From the NCBI GenBank assembly GCA_028283505.1, contig JAPOFX010000003.1, positions 4,125 to 68,124 of the forward strand: a stretch of 64,000 nt of DNA. Reading direction: 5' to 3'. The notes under the pieces are model-generated. The model saw only the letters and a program-made list of their open reading frames with translations. It made no database searches and was not told the origin of the DNA. Shown piece after piece: positions 57,496 through 64,000 of the stretch. The translations under genes and the position numbers were made by a program. How positions within the stretch are numbered: the first letter of the stretch is position 1; each line of letters opens with the position of its first letter. The stretch comes from Candidatus Poseidoniales archaeon (GTDB lineage Archaea; Thermoplasmatota; Poseidoniia; Poseidoniales; Thalassarchaeaceae).

Positions 57496-59064
57496 TCACA
57501 TCCTGAATACTCCATACCTATTTTCTGGCATCTTAGCATTTAGAGAGGATGAGATACAAAGTCCTAAGATATCTCTAGTATCTCTTGGATCAATCACCCC
57601 ATCATCCCATAATCTGGCAGTGGAGTAGTATGGGTTGCTCTCCCTCTCGTACTTTTCTCTTATCGCATCTGGATCGGAATTCCCTACAGTCGAAAGAACG
57701 CTCGCTGCTTGCTCCCCCCCCATCACAGATATTCTAGCATTCGGCCACATGAAGAGGAATCTGGGATCGTATGCTCTACCACACATTCCATAGTTTCCGG
57801 CTCCATGGGAGCCGCCTATGATAACTGTGAACTTGGGAACTGGTACGCAAGAGACTGCAGTAACGAGTTTGGCTCCATCTTTGGCTATTCCTCCTGCTTC
57901 TGCATCTCTTCCAACCATGAATCCCATGATATTCTGCAGGAAGACTAGAGGAATCCCTCTTTGACCGCAGAGTTCCACAAAATGTGCTCCCTTTAACGAG
58001 GACTCTGAAAACAATATGCCATTGTTTGCCACTATACCAACAGGGTACCCGTGTATCCTTGCAAAACCACACACCAAGGAAGTACCATACCTCTCCTTGA
58101 ATTCGTGAAATCTGCTACCATCTACAATCCTTGAGATAACCTCCCTGACATCATATGGAGTCCTGTTATCACTGGGAACAATTCCCAATAACTCTTCTGG
58201 GTCATGATATGGGTCCTCTGGGTCCTCGGTATCAAGTCTAATTTTCTTTCCAACATTGAGATTCTCGACTATGTCTCTGACGATCTGGAGAGCCTCCGTC
58301 TCATCCTCTGCAAAGTGATCTGCAACTCCTGATTCCCGGGTATGCAAATCCGCTCCTCCAAGATTCTCAGCACTGACCTCTTCCCCTGTCGCAGCTTTCA
58401 CCAGTGGTGGTCCTGCAAGGAAGATTGTTCCATTGCCTTTTACTATAATCGATTCATCACTCATTGCTGGGATGTACGCACCGCCCGCAGTACATGATCC
58501 CAACACAGCGGCAACTTGGGGTATTCCCTTACTTGACAAAATCGCCTGATTCCTAAATATTCTACCAAAATGTCCTTTGTCAGGGAAGACCTGGTCTTGT
58601 AGAGGAAGGAAGGCCCCTCCTGAGTCTACAAGGTATATACAGGGGAGATTGTTATCCTCCGCAACCTCTTGGGCCCTAATGTGTTTCTTAACGGTCATAG
58701 GATAGTAAGACCCGCCCTTTACTGTGGCATCGTTGGCCACAAAGACGCACTCTTTCCCATGGACAAGTCCTATCCCGGTCACTATTCCTGCTGAGTGGGC
58801 TTTGCCATCATACATTTCAAACGCCGCCAAAGTAGACAACTCAATGAAGGGAGACCCCGGATCACAAATTTCTGATATTCTGTCCCTAGGCATTCCCTTC
58901 CCTCTGGCCTCATGCCTCTCGACATATTTTGCACCGCCCCCATTTCTCGCGGTATCTACTCTTTGCCTGAGTTCCTCGATTAATGCTGAATTGTGACTCT
59001 CCCTGCTGGAGTAATCTTCGCTCGATTTGTCGATTCTCGTTGGCAGCCTATCCATGAGTATCAT
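57496..59064 (-). CDS. Acyl-CoA carboxylase carboxyltransferase subunit, methylcrotonyl-CoA carboxylase beta-like
   Basis: Long collinear similarity by eye to MCCC2-type sequences: [39 protein letters not shown] and [16 protein letters not shown]...[27 protein letters not shown]. Confidence 0.9.
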   Translation of the reverse strand: MILMDRLPTRIDKSSEDYSSRESHNSALIEELRQRVDTARNGGGAKYVERHEARGKGMPRDRISEICDPGSPFIELSTLAAFEMYDGKAHSAGIVTGIGLVHGKECVFVANDATVKGGSYYPMTVKKHIRAQEVAEDNNLPCIYLVDSGGAFLPLQDQVFPDKGHFGRIFRNQAILSSKGIPQVAAVLGSCTAGGAYIPAMSDESIIVKGNGTIFLAGPPLVKAATGEEVSAENLGGADLHTRESGVADHFAEDETEALQIVRDIVENLNVGKKIRLDTEDPEDPYHDPEELLGIVPSDNRTPYDVREVISRIVDGSRFHEFKERYGTSLVCGFARIHGYPVGIVANNGILFSESSLKGAHFVELCGQRGIPLVFLQNIMGFMVGRDAEAGGIAKDGAKLVTAVSCVPVPKFTVIIGGSHGAGNYGMCGRAYDPRFLFMWPNARISVMGGEQAASVLSTVGNSDPDAIREKYERESNPYYSTARLWDDGVIDPRDTRDILGLCISSSLNAKMPENRYGVFRM

Positions 59065-59121
59065 ATCCGTGATGGTGTTTGAGCCTTCAATTGAATGGAA
59101 AGTATTCCTCCATTAGTACTT

Positions 59122-60402
59122 TTACTGGCCGATGACCAGTCTTGCTACCCCTCTCAGTCCTGGAGCCATTCCTACGACTAATATCATTAGGCCCACAAGT
59201 AATCTAAGGTGCTGCTGCCTATGCTCAAAGTTTGCGAAGGCGAAGAACCACCAGATAATCAGACCGAGTCCTGCCTTAACTAATGTGAAGCCAAATGTAT
59301 TACCGAATTCTTCGATGATCCAAGCTGACAGGAGATGCTTCTCCTCGTAGCCGAAGTAGTCAATGCCTATCCATGTCGCAAGTCCGTCCATTATCTGTCC
59401 TGATACAGCAAGAAAAACTACCGGATACGCCAACACTGCTTTCTTTCTGTTTTCCTCCATAATCAATTTGTCATCAGAAACCAGGTCTTCATATTCAGAT
59501 TCTGACATTCCCTCAGGAAGAATTCCTGCGACGAAGCCCTTCTCTGAGAGTATTCTTGAAGACTCTATTCCGGAAGAGAACATGATATAGCATATCAATA
59601 TGGGAATCCCCAGAACGATGATCAGTGGCCACAGGGTCAGTTTGTCATCTGGAAGAGTTGTGGCAAATGAAACCAAGGCTCCAAAGAATACCAGAACTCC
59701 TCCAGAGCCAACCAGATACACAGACCTCTGGACATAAGTGAAATCCGATGTTGATTCCCTGAAGAATATTGGTAGGAAAGTGGCTGATATTCCAATTATG
59801 GCGAACATTGTCAAATCCACCTCACTACCCACCTCGCTCACGGAGATTGAATGCCCGTAAATCAAGAACTGTGAGAATATTGCAATCATCGAGAGGCTTT
59901 CGAGAATTCTATTCTTCTCCCTTTCACTTACTCCTGTGCCGTAGTTCCGAACATGGTAGCCTATGGAGCCGGCAATTATCACCCAAAGAGCAGTCTGGAA
60001 ATGAATACTTGGACTTACGAATAGAGGGGCCATTGCGACATCAAATAGATCCGCATCTTCAACCACCTCCCCTAGAGCCGCCCAGAAGACGTATGGCAGC
60101 AGGGCCAGTATTGTAGCCTCGCTGGAATCTATATTCAGGATCCTCAACCATGCACTTAGCGCGGCGACAAAAAGCGCGAGGACTACCGCGTAGGTGATTG
60201 TGTTAGTCTCATTGTACCCCGCATCGCCTCCTGATTCGTCAAGGATAGGGTCAACATAATACTCAGTAACGAAATCTGTCAGTGGATTGGAGATATCGAG
60301 AATATTTAGGGAAAGTGCCGAAAGTAGGATGGCTGTGATAGCAGTAATTGCATATATCGACCATTTCTCATAGTCGTAAAGCACATAACCGGTGTCGTTC
60401 AT
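59122..60402 (-). CDS. Polytopic membrane protein, DUF63-like C-terminal region
   Basis: 426 aa, about 10 TM helices. QIMDGLATWIGIDYFGYEEKHLLS resembles the DUF63 hallmark as I remember it. Assignment tentative. Confidence 0.5.
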   Translation of the reverse strand: MNDTGYVLYDYEKWSIYAITAITAILLSALSLNILDISNPLTDFVTEYYVDPILDESGGDAGYNETNTITYAVVLALFVAALSAWLRILNIDSSEATILALLPYVFWAALGEVVEDADLFDVAMAPLFVSPSIHFQTALWVIIAGSIGYHVRNYGTGVSEREKNRILESLSMIAIFSQFLIYGHSISVSEVGSEVDLTMFAIIGISATFLPIFFRESTSDFTYVQRSVYLVGSGGVLVFFGALVSFATTLPDDKLTLWPLIIVLGIPILICYIMFSSGIESSRILSEKGFVAGILPEGMSESEYEDLVSDDKLIMEENRKKAVLAYPVVFLAVSGQIMDGLATWIGIDYFGYEEKHLLSAWIIEEFGNTFGFTLVKAGLGLIIWWFFAFANFEHRQQHLRLLVGLMILVVGMAPGLRGVARLVIGQ

Positions 60403-60444
60403 ATGCCTACGAAGAGGTCCATGTCTTAGGAATGGCGGAAGAAT

Positions 60445-61173
60445 TCACTCTTCCTCGTAGATGATTTCCTCATCTTCGGCAAGTTTCAACATTTCATCGA
60501 TGGCCCCTTTATCTTCAGGATTTATTTGACTGTCCTTGAGTCTCCTTTCTCTTCTTCTTCGGGCGGCTGATAGGCCCGGGACAAGTGAGTCAAATGGAGA
60601 CTCTTCGTTCCTTCTTTCCTCGTAGCTCTCTAAGCTCCTGGAACGGATTCTTTGCCTCTTCCTGTCCTTCTCAAGTCCGTGGAGTACACTACCGTGCTCA
60701 GCACCTCTCAATATCGACTCTATAGCTGGGTTGGCTACCTCAAGTCCCATCTCATCGCCAATAACGATTACTGATGAGCCATAAATTGCAATTTCAGTTC
60801 CAGAGAGCTCCTCAATACGGCTCCTAATCAGGCCATTGCGACCAATCAACCTGCTCCTCATTCTTCTTACTTGGTTTGGTTGTCTCCCGACCCACTCCCT
60901 AATATCATACATACGAAGATTTATTTCGTCGTCGAGTAAGTTAACCGCTCTTTGGGGGGATAGTCCCCTTCCTATTGCAAGAATGACATCTGGTGTCTTC
61001 ATTTTTCTAACAGGATCTACGTCTGAACCAGACCAGTCTACAGATACTTCCCCAGACCTGGAGTCGATATCCAATTTTCCACCGCAGGCTTCTTCTATCA
61101 TCTTCCTAGTTGAACCACCCTTGCCAATCAGTACCGCGATGCGGTCCTTGGGTATACGCGCTATGGGCTCCAC
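60445..61173 (-). CDS. KH-domain RNA-binding protein (archaeal Dim2/Pno1 homologue)
   Basis: Two KH-like modules (IGKGGSTRKMIEE and LIGRNGLIRSRIEELSG). It occupies the conserved position downstream of rio1 and aIF1A. Basic/acidic C-terminal tail ending YEEE. Confidence 0.8.
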   Translation of the reverse strand: MEPIARIPKDRIAVLIGKGGSTRKMIEEACGGKLDIDSRSGEVSVDWSGSDVDPVRKMKTPDVILAIGRGLSPQRAVNLLDDEINLRMYDIREWVGRQPNQVRRMRSRLIGRNGLIRSRIEELSGTEIAIYGSSVIVIGDEMGLEVANPAIESILRGAEHGSVLHGLEKDRKRQRIRSRSLESYEERRNEESPFDSLVPGLSAARRRRERRLKDSQINPEDKGAIDEMLKLAEDEEIIYEEE

Positions 61174-61198
61174 GGTGATTTCCAGTGGGCGCCTCTCT

Positions 61199-62077
61199 TT
61201 AATCCACGCCCGGGAGAGATTCCAAATCTGGTACTGGTTCCTCCAGTACCCTAAGGATAGAATCTGCTAATTCGACCTCGTATCCCTGTTTATTTATCCA
61301 ATGAACCAACCTAGTCACATCCCGCACTAGGAATTCTTCGGAATGCGGGTGTTGTTCGGTGACTCCCTGGCCCACATCTATGAACCAAGGTCGGCCTTCA
61401 TGCCAAAGGATGTTGTACTCACTCAAATCCGCATGAACAAGATTAGCCTTCTGCCATGAAACTGCAACCATATCCAGCATTTCAGAGAATGTTTCAAATT
61501 TCTTGTCTACCTGAATGTCTCTTAGTCTGGGTGCTGCAGAAGTGTCTCCAATCAATTCCATTACCAAGACATTCTTGTTGTATGATATTGGTAATGGCAC
61601 ACGTATCCCATGCTTTCTCATTCTTCTCAGGTTTCTGAATTCCTTCTTCACCCAAATATTAACCAATTCTCTGTGTCTTCCAGAAAGACCATTGAATCGA
61701 GGATCCCCGTCGATATACTTGGCTAATCCCTTGAAGACGGCATTGGTGGTATGGAAGATTTTCACAGCTATTGGGCCGTTGACTGATGTGGCGTGGAAGA
61801 CATGGGCTTCCTTACCCCTCGCAATAGGGTAATCGATAGTTTCGATGTCCCCTTTTTGCATGAGCTTGTGTATCGCTAGCAATGTAGACTTGTCAAATAC
61901 TGCATCGAAAACTCTCTTGTCAACCCACTCAAATGGGCCTTTCCCCATTACACCTTGGAGACCATCTTCTATTTCATCAAATATTTTCCTGAACCTCGGC
62001 TCAGACATCCAATCGTGTTTTGTCTGCGATTTCATTATCGCATCTATGTCCTCGTCCCAGTTATCGTCATTATTCAT
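61199..62077 (-). CDS. rio1: RIO-type serine/threonine protein kinase (Rio1)
   Basis: RIO domain: STGKEA-like ARGKEAHVF, catalytic LVHADLSEYNIL and metal-binding FIDVGQ. Confidence 0.9.
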   Translation of the reverse strand: MNNDDNWDEDIDAIMKSQTKHDWMSEPRFRKIFDEIEDGLQGVMGKGPFEWVDKRVFDAVFDKSTLLAIHKLMQKGDIETIDYPIARGKEAHVFHATSVNGPIAVKIFHTTNAVFKGLAKYIDGDPRFNGLSGRHRELVNIWVKKEFRNLRRMRKHGIRVPLPISYNKNVLVMELIGDTSAAPRLRDIQVDKKFETFSEMLDMVAVSWQKANLVHADLSEYNILWHEGRPWFIDVGQGVTEQHPHSEEFLVRDVTRLVHWINKQGYEVELADSILRVLEEPVPDLESLPGVD

Positions 62078-62081
62078 TTAC

Positions 62082-62672
62082 TCACCCAAAGAATGAGTCT
62101 ATGTCATCTTCATCATTGGTGAATTGGACTTTATCTGGGACCTCTTCTTCGATTTCCTCCACCTGAATGCTTCCAGATTCATCGACCTCCTCGATTAAGG
62201 ATTCATGATCTTGCTCGTCTTCGGATGATTTTTCCTCGGAAAGGCCGAAGAGATCTACTATTTCTGGAAGAACCCCCTTCCTCGATAGATATAGCGACTG
62301 TGTCTTTGTGTATCTCATGCACACGTTAGCCTTTTCGTCTTGGAAGTCCCAGGGTTGTATGACTATGAGATCCCCTTCCCTGACCCATTGCCTTCTTCTC
62401 ATCTTTCCAGGTATTCTTGAAATTCTACTTAATCCGTCCTCACAAACAGCCCTGAGTCTCCGTCCACCCAAAATCTCGTCGGCTATTGCGAACATCTCAT
62501 TGACCTTTCTGTTGGGAAGAGGGACTCTTATTCTGTCTCCACTGCCAGATTCTAGCTGAGCTAACCGCTCAAAATCGACCTTCTCCTCTCTACGCCCCAC
62601 GGGTACCCGTCGATAGTCACCTATGTGAAGTTGAGCCTCTTCACTGATGCATGAACGAGTCGATTGCTCCAT
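62082..62672 (-). CDS. eif1a: Translation initiation factor aIF1A (eIF1A homologue) with a long acidic C-terminal tail
   Basis: The S1/OB core IRVPLPNRK...ILGGRRLRAVCEDGLSRISRIPGKMRRRQWVREGDLIVIQPWDFQDEKANVCMRYTK aligns with M. jannaschii aIF1A. The start is uncertain: ATG 62672 overlaps nuoN by 32 nt, and GTG 62600 is an alternative. Confidence 0.85.
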   Translation of the reverse strand: MEQSTRSCISEEAQLHIGDYRRVPVGRREEKVDFERLAQLESGSGDRIRVPLPNRKVNEMFAIADEILGGRRLRAVCEDGLSRISRIPGKMRRRQWVREGDLIVIQPWDFQDEKANVCMRYTKTQSLYLSRKGVLPEIVDLFGLSEEKSSEDEQDHESLIEEVDESGSIQVEEIEEEVPDKVQFTNDEDDIDSFFG

Positions 62673-64000
62673 TAACTAAGTCTAATAGCCATTCGCTGAC
62701 TGGTCCAACACCACAAAGTAGTGTCAATATTGCGCAGGCGAAAATGGCCATTCTGAGGGAGGGGGCAGCCTTGAGGGGTTTACTCGATGCTGGTTCTTCA
62801 AAGAACATAACAAGGCCAATCCTGAGGTAGTAGAATAGTGAGAGGGCGCTGTTCAATACAATCGCTGTTGCTAGCCAGAATAATGGATCTACTGATTCGG
62901 CCCACGTTGCTATTCCAGAGGTATCGGAGGACCCGGTAGAGGCAGATGTGGAGACTATTCCATTGATCATGAGAAGTTTTGAGAGGAATCCTGACAGAGG
63001 GGGTACTCCCGCCAATGAAAGAACGAACAGAAACATCGAACCGGCGATCATTGGGTCCCTGTTACCTAGACCGTGTAGATGCTCAATGCTGTGCCCCTTT
63101 CCTTCTGTCTCTAGGTGAGAAATGACCAAGAACGCTCCAAGTTTGAAGAGGACCAATACTGCTAAGTGAAAGGTTACTGCAGTTAGTATTACTACGCTTT
63201 CTTCCGTGCTGGATATACCGCTTCCTACTACTGCGATAGCCGCGAGCATGTATCCCGCGTGTGCAACGCTTGAGTAGGCCAGCATCCTCTTGGGATTCTC
63301 ACTCGTCAAAGCAGCTAAGTTACCCCACGTCATGGTAACAACAGAGAATATTCCCAAGGCTACCATCCAAAGTGCTTCAGCGCCTTCCGGAACAGTGATG
63401 ATTACCAAGACCCTGAAGAGTGCTACGAATCCCATTGCCTTCGAGGCGGTAGCGAGGAGGCCAGAGATTGGGGAAGCCGCTCCAGAGTAGGCATCAGGTG
63501 CGGCGAGGTGAAATGGCGCTGCACTCACTTTGAAGCCGAAAGCCACTAACATCATTCCTATGCCGAACGCAGCGAATGGATCGACACCATCCATGGCCTG
63601 CCAGCTTTCTTTCAGAACGTCCAAGTCAAGACTTCCTGACCAGAGATAAAGTAGAGACATGCCGTAGATTCCAATCGCTGAAGCAACTGAGCCAACGATG
63701 AAGTATTTCGCGCCTGCCTCACCGCCAGCCGGGGACTCCTTGTGGAAAGCTACCAGAACATAAGTTGAGAGCGAAGCCAATTCAATACAAACTATCATCA
63801 TGAATAGATTTGTTGCCATGGTCATCATACTCATTCCCAGTCCCACCATGATCAGGAGGATGTAAAAGTCGACTTGCCTTCTGTTATCAATTAGGACGGA
63901 AATTTTCCTGTCGATCGCCGCCTCTGAATCAGAATCATCGGGAATTTGAGCATTTGTCTTTGCTGGAATCCTGTAAGTGGTTGCTACGCTGACTAAAAGC
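62641..64000 (-). CDS. nuoN: NADH-quinone oxidoreductase subunit N (NuoN), 5' end beyond the right window edge
   Basis: Antiporter-like subunit motifs (IELASLSTYVLV, APFHLAAPDAY, AHAGYML). I translated the frame upstream of the track's Met at 63849. It stays open to position 64000 (...YRIPAKTNAQIPDDSDSEAAIDRKISVLIDNRRQVDFYILLI-M), so the gene is truncated by the window. Confidence 0.85.
   Translation of the reverse strand, partial: LLVSVATTYRIPAKTNAQIPDDSDSEAAIDRKISVLIDNRRQVDFYILLIMVGLGMSMMTMATNLFMMIVCIELASLSTYVLVAFHKESPAGGEAGAKYFIVGSVASAIGIYGMSLLYLWSGSLDLDVLKESWQAMDGVDPFAAFGIGMMLVAFGFKVSAAPFHLAAPDAYSGAASPISGLLATASKAMGFVALFRVLVIITVPEGAEALWMVALGIFSVVTMTWGNLAALTSENPKRMLAYSSVAHAGYMLAAIAVVGSGISSTEESVVILTAVTFHLAVLVLFKLGAFLVISHLETEGKGHSIEHLHGLGNRDPMIAGSMFLFVLSLAGVPPLSGFLSKLLMINGIVSTSASTGSSDTSGIATWAESVDPLFWLATAIVLNSALSLFYYLRIGLVMFFEEPASSKPLKAAPSLRMAIFACAILTLLCGVGPVSEWLLDLVNGAIDSFMHQ

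Noticed and set aside
1-64000. CRISPR arrays, tRNA/rRNA genes, IS elements, integrases, prophage or known defence-system genes
   Set aside because: No regularly spaced repeats, no cloverleaf-like GC-rich segments in the intergenic regions I read, and no transposase, integrase or nuclease-helicase defence signatures among the ORFs. Small ncRNAs cannot be excluded without a covariance-model scan.

Overview
This is a dense, mostly housekeeping chromosomal segment of an archaeon, read by eye only. Archaeal markers are a thermosome, CDC48/VAT, the Hjc resolvase, the conserved aIF1A-Rio1-KH(Dim2) cluster, a Sec11-type signal peptidase, an MC1 chromatin protein, and presenilin-like and S2P intramembrane proteases. 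They sit next to bacterial-type DnaK and ThrRS, several peptidases, an acyl-CoA carboxylase/leucine-catabolism cluster, SdhCAB and NuoN. The mix and the moderate GC suggest a marine heterotrophic euryarchaeote of the Thermoplasmatota type, but that is inference only.

I call 57 protein-coding genes. Two are cut by the window edges. One of these (1..870, minus strand) is missing from the ORF track because it has no stop in the window. Several ORF-track N-termini were trimmed to internal starts that remove overlaps and match family N-termini. I found no rRNA, tRNA, CRISPR array, transposase or integrase, and nothing that looks like a known defence system.

The best candidates for something undescribed:
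- (1) A DUF4350-like/DUF58/polytopic-membrane operon (24481..28600) lacks the usual MoxR ATPase and lies downstream of a translationally coupled cdc48 and PRC-barrel pair.
- (2) aIF1A carries a eukaryote-like acidic C-terminal tail.
- (3) A Met-rich Hsp20-like gene sits in the grpE position in front of dnaK.
- (4) An Ncs6/TtuA-TrhO-cupin operon probably acts on tRNA wobble uridine.
- (5) A roughly 18-nt motif is repeated on both sides of a two-gene cassette (900..918 and 2672..2689).

All family assignments rest on motif recognition. None was confirmed by a search.
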